Source: an uncultured Bacteroidales bacterium (GTDB lineage: Bacteria > Bacteroidota > Bacteroidia > Bacteroidales > Bacteroidaceae). Taken from it: a DNA stretch of 64,000 bases. The DNA is taken from NCBI GenBank assembly GCA_902799985.1, contig CADCCR010000011.1, positions 153 through 64,152 on the forward strand, given 5' to 3'. Of this stretch, positions 8,931 through 19,490 are shown piece by piece. The notes beneath the pieces are model-generated. The model saw only the letters and a program-made list of their open reading frames with translations, was not told the DNA's origin and did not search any database. Numbering within the stretch: position 1 is the first letter of the stretch; the number at the start of each line of letters is the position of its first letter. A program made the position numbers and the translations under genes.

Positions 8931-11900
8931 ATGAGAAAAATGACTCTTTTATTTGCCGCGTTGCTCTCACTTGCAAGCACGACAACGAAGGCAGAAACGC
9001 TGACAGCCAACTTCGACAGCGAGCTGCCAGCAGGTTGGAGCATCGTCGGAGACCTCAGCAGAGACTCTGACCGTGCCAAAAGTGGTTCCGGTGTTTGGAC
9101 GTCGTCCAAGTCCGATAACGCCAATTATCTCGTGACAGAGCCCGTCGAAGGCTCCATCACCTTCTATGCAAGGGCCTACAACAAGAGCACCAATGCCTAC
9201 GTCTTCATCTATGCCTACGACGGCTCCGCCCTTGGCGACAAGCTGTACGAAAGCGCAAATATGAAAGCCTATTCCACCCCCAGCTGGAGCGAATACACAG
9301 CCGACCTGGGCGACTACAAGGGACAGGTGGCCATCGCCCTGAACTATGCAGCCATCGACGACGTGACCTACACGCAGATGGAGGTCGTGGAGGGTCCCGC
9401 CCTCACAGTCAAGGACGGCAGCAAGGTGACGTCTCCCTACAGCTACGACTTCGGTCTGGCAGCAGCCGGCACACAGAAGAGCTTCACCCTGGCCAATCCG
9501 GGTACGGAGGACCTCGGCGTCTCTGTGTCCGAGACAGGCAGCTTCAGCGCCACACTCTCTGCTACGACCATCGCAGCAGGCAGCGAGGTGACACTTACCG
9601 TCACCATGCCCGATGCAACAAGCAGCAGCCAGGTGACCATCACACCCGACGCCGGCAGCGGCATCGACCCCTTCATCATCAACGTGAGCGGCACCGTTCG
9701 CGACCCCAACAAGGTCTATCTTGACTTTGCCGACGGACAGATGCCCGAAGGCTGGACCGCAAAGGGAAACGACAGCGGCTACAGCACTTACGAGTGGACC
9801 GTGAGCGAAGGCTACATCTCCTACTCGGCCTCCAGCTCCTCCTACGCCGGCACCTTCACCTCGCCCAAAATGGTCTTCGCCAAGGACGAGCAGGTGTTCT
9901 TCGAGACCTCGAAGTACGGCAGCAGCTCATGGTCCTCGCCCTCCATCGTCGTAGAGTACTCCCTGGACGGCGAGACATGGACCGCTATCGGCTCAGCCTT
10001 CACGGATGACGTGAACGGCACATGGACCTCTCGCAGCGTCAGCATTCCCGAAGAGGGCGTGAAGTACATCCGCTTCAACGGCTGGTACATTAACCTCCGC
10101 AACATCTACGGCGGCGAACTGCCCAACGAACCGAACATGAAGGTGACACAGCCCGAGTCGCTCGGCTTCGGCATGATTACAGAGGCTACCGCCAAGACCT
10201 TCACCATCGCCAACATCGGCAAGGCTACCCTGGAGGGCATCAACGTGACATCCTCTGGCGAGGCCTTCACTCTGACAGGTGTTCCCGCAAGCCTCGCAGC
10301 CGGCGAGAGCGCTGAGGTGACCATCACGATGGCCGCCACCACCAAGGGCGCACAGAGCAGCGACATCGCAGTCAGCGCCACAGGCATGGAGACCGTCCAG
10401 TTCACCGTCAGCGGCTACGTGCTCAACACCGACGCCATGCTCGTTCAGTTCACCGGCAACACCGTTCCCGAAGGCTGGGAGAACAAGAGCTTCACCGTGG
10501 ATAACGACGAGCTGAGTTCCAGCTATTCGGCTGCCACCCTGACCTCGCCCGCTATCACCGTTGCCGAAGGCCAGACGCTTGCCATCTATGCAAAGAGCTC
10601 CAGCACCAGCTCATACAGCACTCCCTCTCTGTCGGTAAAGACCTCTACGGACAATGGCACGACATGGACCGAGGCCAAGAAGTTCAGCGATGACCATCAA
10701 CGGTTACAGCTACGACATGAACGCTCCCCAGATGAGCTTCACAGCCGAGGACTTCGTGGCAGGCAAGGTGATGAGCAACGCCAGCAAGACCTATACCGTC
10801 AGCAACGCTGGTACAGGCACCCTGACCGTCAATATTGCTTCCGACAACGAGAAGTTCACCGTAGAGCCCGCACAGCTCGACATCACAGACGAGCCTAAGG
10901 AGTTCACCGTCACCTTCAACTTCGAGGAGGGCGTCTACGGCAAGTTCAATGCCAACATCACCGTCACTCCGACCTACGACGAGAGCGCTGCCGTCACCTT
11001 CGCCGCTTCTGCTCAGAGCCTCAACCCCGACCTCTGGGAAGAAGACTTCGAGGAGGGCGAGCTGCCTCAGGGCTGGGTGGCCAGCAACTGGACAGTAGGC
11101 ACGAACAGCAGCTACGAGAACAAAACCAAGATGGCACTCGCTCCCAACAGCACCACAGCCGGCACGCTGACTACACCTTGCCTCACAGCCAAGGAAGGCG
11201 ACGTGCTGACCTGGGACTCTTACTTCAAGTGGGACGATGAGGCCCTGAAGGTAGAATGGTCGAACGACAACCAGGAAACCTGGACCGAACTCTACAACTT
11301 CATGGCCAAGGATGAGAGCCTCGGCAACAACAGCCACAAGGAGATGAGCTTCACCGCTCCTGCCGACGGCGACTACTACCTGCGCTTCACATCCACCTAC
11401 AACAATGGCGTGGACAACTTCCAGGGCTTCAAGCTCAATCTGCCCGAGCACATCATGGCCATCAGCGAAAGCAATATTCCTTCGTCAAACTCTTATATGC
11501 CGTCGATGAAGGTCAGCAAGTCCTTCGACGCCACCGTCACCGTCAAGGAGAGCCGTGGCGTGAACGAGGAGAATGTCGTGGCTAAGTTCTACATGGGCGA
11601 GGAGGTTATCGGCACTTCCGAGGCTGTGACCGTAGAGGCTTACAGCACGAAGCAGATCACCATTACCGCCACTCCGACCGTTGCCGCTACCTCCGGCGCT
11701 GAGATGCACATCGAGGTAGAGTACGCAGGCGGCACCCTGAAGACAGAGGCTGTGACCCGCTATGTCTCGGAGTACAAGAAGTTGGAGCTCACCGAAAAGG
11801 AAGAGACAGAAATCAGCACAGGCTACTCCGCCACCTACGACCTTGTTACCCTGACCCGCAGCTTCGCTAAGGGCTGGAACACCTTCGTGGCTCCCGTGGA

Positions 11901-12435
11901 AACCAACATCAGCGAGTTTGGCGAGGGTGCTAAGGCTTATGCCTTCAGCGACTATGCCGACGGCGAACTGAAGTTCACGGCTGTGACAGACTCCAAGCTC
12001 ACCGTTGCCACTCCCTACATCGTCTATGTTCCCGAAGCTATCGAAAGCAAGGAATTCGCATGGGAGTCTCCCGTCATCCGCAGCACAGCTGTCGGTGCCG
12101 ACAACATCAAGGTTACGAAGAACGGCGTCACCTTCCAGGGCACTTACGCTCCCGTGGCTGCTCCCGGCATGGAGGGCAAGTATGGTGTGACATCTGCTGC
12201 CAACATCGCCAAGGGCACGGACAAGGCCAGCATCAGGGGCTTCCGCGCTTACTTCGAACTGCCCGAAGGTGTGGAAATCAAGGCACTCACCTTCGATGGC
12301 GACGACGCAACCGGCATTATCACAATCAGCAATGTTCAAGGTGCGACGGACAATGTCTATAACCTTGCCGGACAGCGTCTGCAGAAGATGCAGCGTGGCA
12401 TCAATATCGTGAACGGTAAGAAGATACTGAAGTAA
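8931..12435 (+). pseudogene. Large multi-domain T9SS-tailed surface protein split by a frameshift or deletion near 10680-10695
   Basis: ORF 8931-10898 has the signal peptide and ORF 10654-12435 has the T9SS-like tail. The frames join at ...TWTEAKKFSDD / MTINGYSYDMNAPQMSF. There are four sibling modules with E/PxGW openings alternating with Ig-like FTxxNxG modules. See the finding for the missing roughly 30 aa. Confidence 0.75.
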
Positions 12436-12448
12436 AAGGAATCAAACA

Positions 12449-12616
12449 ATGAAGAAGACATATATCATCCCCCTGACCACCATCGAGGTGGCAGAAGCAG
12501 AACTGATGCTGGCCACCAGCTTGCTCGACCCCAACCAGGACAACCTCTCCGTCACTCCCTCCGACGAGACCTACGACGGCGAGTTCAATGCTAAGGAGAA
12601 CAGCATCGACTGGTGA
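12449..12616 (+). CDS. Small hypothetical protein (55 aa), paralog of 595-777
   Basis: Hand translation gives MKKTYIIPLTTIEVAEAELMLATSLLDPNQDNLSVTPSDETYDGEFNAKENSIDW. It starts 13 nt after the upstream stop and is below the ORF-track cutoff. Confidence 0.55.
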   Translation: MKKTYIIPLTTIEVAEAELMLATSLLDPNQDNLSVTPSDETYDGEFNAKENSIDW

Positions 12617-12694
12617 TTCTCATTCGTCTCAGCGCCATGCTCTCCGCGGCATGGCGCAGAGGCACTGTTCAAAGTGCCTGAGGAAACAAAAAAA

Positions 12695-12835
12695 GCGCCC
12701 CGTGCTTATTTCGGAAGCACAGGGCGCTTATCTTTTAGGCGCAGGGCGCTTATTTCGGAAGCGCAGGGCGCTTATCTTTTAGGCGCAGGGCGCTTAATTC
12801 AGAAGCACGGGGCGCTTATTCCGGAAGCGCAGGCG
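12695..12835. repeat. 22-bp tandem hairpin array (6.5 units) abutting the trpS stop codon
   Basis: Exact 22-bp units start at 12695, 12717, 12739, 12761, 12783 and 12805 (gcgcagggcgcttatttcggaa and variants). Each unit contains the dyad AAGCGC-n3/4-GCGCTT. Confidence 0.95.
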
Positions 12836-13972
<1,137 letters not shown>

Positions 13973-14026
13973 TTATTTCGTTATTTCGAGGCTTTTGTTT
14001 CTTCCCCCTAAGGGGGCAGGGGAGCC

Positions 14027-15892
14027 TTAGCCGAACATCTTGTCGATTGCCTCCTGCTGGAGGATGGTGAGTATGGTCTGGCCGCTGGGAGATTGATTGG
14101 GGTTCTCGCACTGGAAGAGGTCGCCGATGAGCGTCTCCATCTGCACAGGCGAGAGCACTTCGCCCACTTCGATGGCGTTGTGGCGGGCCAGCACGAGGGC
14201 CAGCTTGTGGTGCAAGGCATCGGTGTGTCCGCCATCCTGCACCTTGACCGACTCCACCATCTCCTGCACGACGGCCAGCGGGTCGTTCTGCCCCGAGGGT
14301 GTGCCGCCGATGGAGAAGCTGCTGCCGCCCAGGGGCGAGATGTCGAAGCCAAGGGCCCGCACGTCGTCGAGGATTGCTGTGAGCACGGCCGCATCGGAGG
14401 GCGACAGCTCGAGCAGCTCGGGAAAGAGGAGACCCTGTGTGGCAGCGTTGTGCTCCTGCATCTGCTTCATGTAGCGCTCGTAGAGGATGCGTATGTGGGC
14501 ACGCCGCTGGTCGACCATCATCAGGCCCGACTGCACGGCGGTGAGGATGTACTGCCCCTTGAACTGGAAGTGCTGCGAGCTGCGGTCCGCCTCGGGGAAA
14601 AGGGTGTCATTAGGGGCAGGTGGCAAGGGGCAAGGGGCAAGAGGATTGTCAGGGATGTCCGACTCTCCATTGTATTCTCTTGCTCCTTGCTCCTTGCCCC
14701 TTGCTCCCTCGAGCTCCTTGCCCCTTGCTCCCTCGAAGAGTTTCTCCCATTGCCGGACAGGTTTCCTGTTCTGGCTGTTGGTGCTGAAGGGGTTGTAGCT
14801 GACATCGAGCTGTACGCGGGGTGCCTTGATGCCGGACAGGTCACCGCCCTGGTAGGTCGGGATGTCGGGCCGTCCCTCCACGTCGAAGTCGATGGTCGGC
14901 ACAGCATTGAACTTGCCCAAGGCATCGCGCACGGCTGCCACGATGATGCTCCATATCTCCTGTTCGTTCTCGAACTTAATCTCTGTCTTTGTGGGATGTA
15001 TGTTGACGTCGATAGCGGCAGGGTCCACCTGGAAGAAGATGAAGTAGGGCACTTGGTCGCCCTCGGGGATGAGGTGGTTGAAGGCTTCCATCACAGCATA
15101 GTGGAAGCGCGGATGGCGCATGAAGCGACCGTTGACGAAGAGGTACTGCGCAGCTCCCTTCTTGCGTGCCGAATCGGGCTTGCCCACGAAGCCGCTTATC
15201 TTCACCAGCGTCGTCTCTACCTGCACCGGCAGGAGCTGTTCGCTGAGTTTCTTGCCGAAGATGTTCACGATGCGTTGCAGGGAACTGCCTGCCGGAAGCT
15301 GCATCAGGTTGTTGCCGTTGCTTGACAGGGAGAAGGTGACGGAGGGGTTGACCAGCGCGATGCGCTCGAAGTCCTGAATGATGTTGCTCAGCTCCGTCTG
15401 GTTCGTCTTGAGGAACTTCCGTCGCGCCGGCACGTTGAAGAAGAGGTTGCTGACCTCGAAGTTGGCACCCACCGGGCACGAACACACTTCCTGCCCCACA
15501 AAGCGCGACCCATCGATGCTCAGCCGCACACCCAGCTCCTGCTCAGCCGTGCGTGTGGTGAGGCGCACCTGTGCCACGGCAGCGATGGAGGCCAGTGCTT
15601 CGCCGCGGAAGCCCATGGTGCGGAGCTTGAAGAGGTCCTCGGCATGCAGTATCTTCGACGTGGCATGGCGCTCGAAGGCCATGCGGGCATCCGTCTCGCT
15701 CATCCCCTTGCCGTCGTCGATGACCTGAATGGACGTACGTCCCGCATCCTGCACCAGCACATCGATGGTCGATGCACCGGCATCCACGGCATTCTCCATC
15801 AGTTCCTTGATGACGGATGCCGGACGCTGCACAACCTCGCCGGCTGCGATTTGGTTGGCAACAGAATCGGGAAGAAGGTGTATGATGTCCAT
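14027..15892 (-). CDS. mutL: DNA mismatch repair protein MutL
   Basis: The N-terminus IHLLPDSVANQIAAGEVVQRPASVIKELMENAVDAG is a GHKL ATPase signature, and a C-terminal dimerisation region follows. Confidence 0.95.
   Translation of the reverse strand: MDIIHLLPDSVANQIAAGEVVQRPASVIKELMENAVDAGASTIDVLVQDAGRTSIQVIDDGKGMSETDARMAFERHATSKILHAEDLFKLRTMGFRGEALASIAAVAQVRLTTRTAEQELGVRLSIDGSRFVGQEVCSCPVGANFEVSNLFFNVPARRKFLKTNQTELSNIIQDFERIALVNPSVTFSLSSNGNNLMQLPAGSSLQRIVNIFGKKLSEQLLPVQVETTLVKISGFVGKPDSARKKGAAQYLFVNGRFMRHPRFHYAVMEAFNHLIPEGDQVPYFIFFQVDPAAIDVNIHPTKTEIKFENEQEIWSIIVAAVRDALGKFNAVPTIDFDVEGRPDIPTYQGGDLSGIKAPRVQLDVSYNPFSTNSQNRKPVRQWEKLFEGARGKELEGARGKEQGAREYNGESDIPDNPLAPCPLPPAPNDTLFPEADRSSQHFQFKGQYILTAVQSGLMMVDQRRAHIRILYERYMKQMQEHNAATQGLLFPELLELSPSDAAVLTAILDDVRALGFDISPLGGSSFSIGGTPSGQNDPLAVVQEMVESVKVQDGGHTDALHHKLALVLARHNAIEVGEVLSPVQMETLIGDLFQCENPNQSPSGQTILTILQQEAIDKMFG
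14613..14734. repeat. Inverted repeat with tandem-repeat arms, in frame in the mutL linker
   Basis: GGCAAGGGGCAAGGGGCAAGAG (14622-14643) pairs with CTCTTGCTCCTTGCTCCTTGCC (14677-14698) at 20 of 22 positions. The region encodes ...EGARGKELEGARGKEQGARE...NPLAPCPLPPAP. Confidence 0.85.
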
Positions 15893-15937
15893 CCTCGTTT
15901 CTTTCTTGTTCTCTTACTTCTTATTATCTCACCTCTC

Positions 15938-16231
15938 TCATCTTAATCCTGTGAGCAGGTAACGCCATATTACCAGCAAGGCAAAGATGATGAGTATGGC
16001 TAAAGGCCAGCCCAGCTTCGAGTCGCTCTCCTTGTGCTTCTTGGCGCGCGGGGTGAAGTTGATGAACGTGCCGCGGAACTTGTCGGGGTTGTAAGGCTCG
16101 TCGTGTGCCGGTGCTTCGCCCTGCTCGCGCTTCACGTCGTCGACCAGTTTCTGCAGCCGGTCGCGCGACTCATCGGTGTAGATACTCACGCGGCGGTAGC
16201 TGCGTGGCTTCCTTGTGCTGAACAGTTTCAT
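15938..16231 (-). CDS. Small hypothetical protein with a C-terminal transmembrane helix
   Basis: 97 aa with a hydrophobic tail WPLAILIIFALLVIWRYLL. The ATG overlaps the upstream stop as ATGA (16228-16231). Confidence 0.6.
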   Translation of the reverse strand: MKLFSTRKPRSYRRVSIYTDESRDRLQKLVDDVKREQGEAPAHDEPYNPDKFRGTFINFTPRAKKHKESDSKLGWPLAILIIFALLVIWRYLLTGLR

Positions 16232-18138
16232 GGGTTATTGCTTTTGTTGTCGGTGACTTTGGAGTCTTCTGGGTTCTCTGGGTTCTCTGAGTTCTCTGAA
16301 TTCTCTGAGTTCTCTGAGCTCTCTGAGCTCTCTGAATTCTCTGAGTCTTCTGAATTCTCTGAGTTCTCGGTATTCTCAGGGACTGTCTCCTCCCCCTTGG
16401 GGGAGGTTGGGAGGGGGCTTTCCTCTTCGGTGGAGGTTGTAAGGGGGCTTGAGTTCTGGTCGGGGGCTTCTATCCCCTTTTGCTTCTTGATGTCGCTGAG
16501 CTTCTGCTTGGGAGCCGCGTGGCGTACGCTCTCCTTGAGTTCGCTGCCGGCCTTCTTGGGGCGCCATTCGAAAATGTCATCCTTGTTGAGCGGACGTATG
16601 TAGTCGAACCATTCGAAGTTCTGCAGGTAGAGCATGTCCTGTGGGATAAGTGGAATGGGATACATGGTGCCGGTGGCAGCAGGCATCCAGATGCGGTCCA
16701 CCTTCCTGTCTGTCAGGAACATCTTGAGCAGAGTCGTCTCGGTATGGTTCATCTCCACCATGATGCTGTCCTCGTCGAAAGGATAGTAGTTGACGAAGAC
16801 GTTGCCCTCCGAGGTGCTGAGATACATTTCCCCATTCTTGAAGTAGGAGTGCATCTCGTGTCCTGACACTTGGTTGTAGTGTGTGTCGTCGAGCCGTTCC
16901 ACCGAGAGCGCCTGCCGCAGCACCAGCGTGCTGTCAATGGTGCTGTCGTTGAAGAAGATTTGTATCTCTTCGCCCAGCTGCTGCTGTCCCGCTTGCCAGA
17001 GGATGGGGTCGCGATACATGACGAGGATGCTGTCGCGTGTGTCGTAGACCATCGAGTCGCACACCGCCTGAATGTCGCGGCGGAAGGCTCGCATGTGGTG
17101 GTAGGCATGAATGACGCGGTAGGTGGAGTCCGTGTCGAGGTTGAACGTAAAGACCTTGAACGTGTCGGCATGCGCATACATCGTGTCCTGCTGGCTGTAG
17201 TCGATGCAGACGGCACGGTCGGTCGTCATGACGTATTCGGTGCTGTCCTCGTAGTAGCAGTATTCGCCGGTGAACATGTTCTTGTTGACGACATCGGAGT
17301 AGACCACATTGCCGAATGCCTCGGCTGTGGAGGTATCGTCGTTCCACACTACGCTGTCGCCCACGAGCCGTTTGCCGTTGTTGGTCAGAATGCTGCGGTC
17401 CAGCAGATGCGAGTGGTTCGTCTGCGTGTAGTAGTAGCCCAGCTCGGAATAGATATGGTTCTCGCCATTCTCTATATTGGAGGGGCCTACGATGTGTGCA
17501 ATGGCCGTCAGCGTGTTGTAGTGCAGCGTGTCGGAGATAAGCACCGTCTCAGGCTTGGCTGGAGGTGCGGGATTGACCAGCCGGACATTGTAGTTGAAGA
17601 CTGCTTCGTGGGTGGCCGGACTGTACTCTCCCCAGTCGCTGGTCAGCTCGTTGCCTTGGTCGAGAAGCCGTCCGCCCTCGAAGAAATAGCCGAGGTCGTA
17701 GAGACGGTCGTAGTCGAGGCTGTCCGTGTAGATGGTCGTGGTGCCGTGTTCGAGCACGACATCATATCGGGCACGTGCCAACTGGTCCAGGCCGTTGTAG
17801 TAGAGCACTTCGCTTTTGAGCATGAGTGTGTCGCCCTGGTTCAGGAGGACATGGCCGAAGGCATCAAGGGAGTTTGTGGATTCGTAGAAGAGCGCGCTGT
17901 CGCAGTAGAGCAACGCACCGTCGTGGCTGAACTGTACATGGCCCACCAGGAACTGTGCCGTGCGGTGCTTCCGCTCGTCGAAGAAGAGACGGTCGGCATG
18001 CAGCAAGTGCACCTTGCTGTCGGACGGCGGTCTGTTCTTGTCGGTCCGCCGCTGAGGCGTTACTGCCATAAGCAGACAAAGGCCGAAGAACAGTGACGCA
18101 CAGAGGATATATAGCCGCTGACCTTTCACTTTACCCAA
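16228..18138 (-). CDS. OstA/LptD-N-terminal-like domain protein with a repeat-derived acidic C-terminal tail
   Basis: N-terminal anchor, then repeated beta-jellyroll-like segments (LLHADRLFFDE...GHVQFSHDGALLYCDSALFYESTN...). Its position between the SurA-like genes and mutL is typical of Bacteroidota. Confidence 0.75.
   Translation of the reverse strand: MGKVKGQRLYILCASLFFGLCLLMAVTPQRRTDKNRPPSDSKVHLLHADRLFFDERKHRTAQFLVGHVQFSHDGALLYCDSALFYESTNSLDAFGHVLLNQGDTLMLKSEVLYYNGLDQLARARYDVVLEHGTTTIYTDSLDYDRLYDLGYFFEGGRLLDQGNELTSDWGEYSPATHEAVFNYNVRLVNPAPPAKPETVLISDTLHYNTLTAIAHIVGPSNIENGENHIYSELGYYYTQTNHSHLLDRSILTNNGKRLVGDSVVWNDDTSTAEAFGNVVYSDVVNKNMFTGEYCYYEDSTEYVMTTDRAVCIDYSQQDTMYAHADTFKVFTFNLDTDSTYRVIHAYHHMRAFRRDIQAVCDSMVYDTRDSILVMYRDPILWQAGQQQLGEEIQIFFNDSTIDSTLVLRQALSVERLDDTHYNQVSGHEMHSYFKNGEMYLSTSEGNVFVNYYPFDEDSIMVEMNHTETTLLKMFLTDRKVDRIWMPAATGTMYPIPLIPQDMLYLQNFEWFDYIRPLNKDDIFEWRPKKAGSELKESVRHAAPKQKLSDIKKQKGIEAPDQNSSPLTTSTEEESPLPTSPKGEETVPENTENSENSEDSENSESSESSENSENSENSENPENPEDSKVTDNKSNNP
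16261..16377. repeat. 9-bp tandem repeat, about 13 units (TGAGTTCTC family), coding for an (E-N/D/S-S)n tail
   Basis: Units run from 16261 to 16377. On the coding strand they give ENTENSENSEDSENSESSESSENSENSENSENPENPEDS. Confidence 0.9.
16389..16450. repeat. Two tandem copies of the GC-rich palindromic element, in frame in the OstA-like CDS
   Basis: cctcccccttgggggaggttgggagggggctt (16389-16420) and tcctcttcggtggaggttgtaagggggctt (16421-16450). They translate as SPLTTSTEEESPLPTSPKGEE. Confidence 0.85.
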
Positions 18139-19478
18139 CCATCATATTGAAAATCGCAGTTCCGCCAATCCGGGTTGATGCGGATGTATGTGCTTTGTTG
18201 TTTCTCCTTTATCCATTTCCGGATAGCTTCCTCGCCCTTCTTCTGCTTCACAACATTGTTCAGCACCTGAAAGTCCTCGGTGATGCTTGCACGGTGGGTC
18301 GTGGTACGGTTCTTGAGGCGTGCGATGGCACAGATGGTCATGCCCCTTTTGTTGAGCATCGTGAAGGGTTTCGATATTTCGCCCACTTCCAACTGGTCGA
18401 CCACGCGTGCCAGTTCGGACGAGAGGGCGGAGAGTTCGCTCATCTCGAAGCGTGTGGTGGTCTCGCCCGTCTCCTTCATGTTGGACATGATGCCGCGGTT
18501 GTTGCGTGTGTCCTTGTCGTCCGAAGCATAGCGAACGGCATCCTCAAAGGAGATCTTCTCGCTCTTGATGTCCTTGGTGATGGAGTCGAGAATGACCAAT
18601 GCGCTGTCGATGTCGGCCTGTGCCACTTCGGGTCGTTTCAGGATGTGGCGGCACTTCATCTTGTCGCCGCGCTTGTCGATGAGCTGTATGATGTGGAAGC
18701 CGAACTCGCTCTGTGCTATCTTGCTCACCTTCTTGGGGTCTGTGAGGCTGAAGGCGACGCTGGCAAAGCCTGGGTCGAGCTCACCTTTTCCCATGTAAGG
18801 CATCTCGCCGCCCTGACGTGCCGAGCCGGGGTCTTCGCTGTAGAGACGTGCCAGGGTAGCAAAGGAGGTCGTGCCGTTGTTGACACGCTCGGTGTAATCG
18901 CGCAGCAAGGCTTTGACGCGGTCAATCTCGGTCTGCGGGATGCGGGGCTGCAGCACGAGCAACTGCACCTCCACCTGTGTGGGGATGAGTGGCAGGCTGT
19001 CCTCCGGGAGGTCCTTGAAGTAGCGGCGCACTTCGGCAGGCGTCACCTTGATTTCGGATGTCAGCTGGTCGCGCATACGCATTGCCGTGGCTTCGTTCCT
19101 GTACTGGTCGAAGAGCTCCTCGCGTATCTGCACCATCGGCATCTTCATGTACTCTTCGAGCTTTTCCTTCGAGCCTGCCATCATGATTTTCTGATTGATG
19201 TCGTTCTCGACAAACTGGTTGACGTCGGCATCGGTCACGTTGATACTGTCGATGATGGCCTGGTGCAGGAAGAGCTTCTGTATGGCCAGCTGTTCGGGAA
19301 TGACGCAGTAGGGGTTGCCTTTGATTTGTGAACCGTAGTCCACGCGGCGCTTCTCAATGTCGGAGCGCAGGATGGCCTCGTCGCCCACAATCCATACCAC
19401 TTCGTCGACTACATTCTTCTGTGCCACGGAGAGCAGGCTGCAGAGCACGGCGAGCAGGCAGAGTGCGTATCGTTTCAT
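18126..19478 (-). CDS. SurA-like periplasmic chaperone / PpiC-type peptidyl-prolyl isomerase
   Basis: Signal peptide MKRYALCLLAVLCSLLSVAQ, and a parvulin-type segment (...SEDPGSARQGGEMPYMGKGELDPGFASVAF...FGFHIIQL). Confidence 0.85.
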   Translation of the reverse strand: MKRYALCLLAVLCSLLSVAQKNVVDEVVWIVGDEAILRSDIEKRRVDYGSQIKGNPYCVIPEQLAIQKLFLHQAIIDSINVTDADVNQFVENDINQKIMMAGSKEKLEEYMKMPMVQIREELFDQYRNEATAMRMRDQLTSEIKVTPAEVRRYFKDLPEDSLPLIPTQVEVQLLVLQPRIPQTEIDRVKALLRDYTERVNNGTTSFATLARLYSEDPGSARQGGEMPYMGKGELDPGFASVAFSLTDPKKVSKIAQSEFGFHIIQLIDKRGDKMKCRHILKRPEVAQADIDSALVILDSITKDIKSEKISFEDAVRYASDDKDTRNNRGIMSNMKETGETTTRFEMSELSALSSELARVVDQLEVGEISKPFTMLNKRGMTICAIARLKNRTTTHRASITEDFQVLNNVVKQKKGEEAIRKWIKEKQQSTYIRINPDWRNCDFQYDGWVK

Positions 19479-19490
19479 GTCGGGTGTTGC

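Noticed and set aside
12695-12835. Regularly spaced repeats as a possible CRISPR array (also at 6545-6847, 40065-40157 and 57248-57345)
   Set aside because: The units are directly adjacent with no unique spacers, the unit length is 22 bp, and there are no cas genes in the window.
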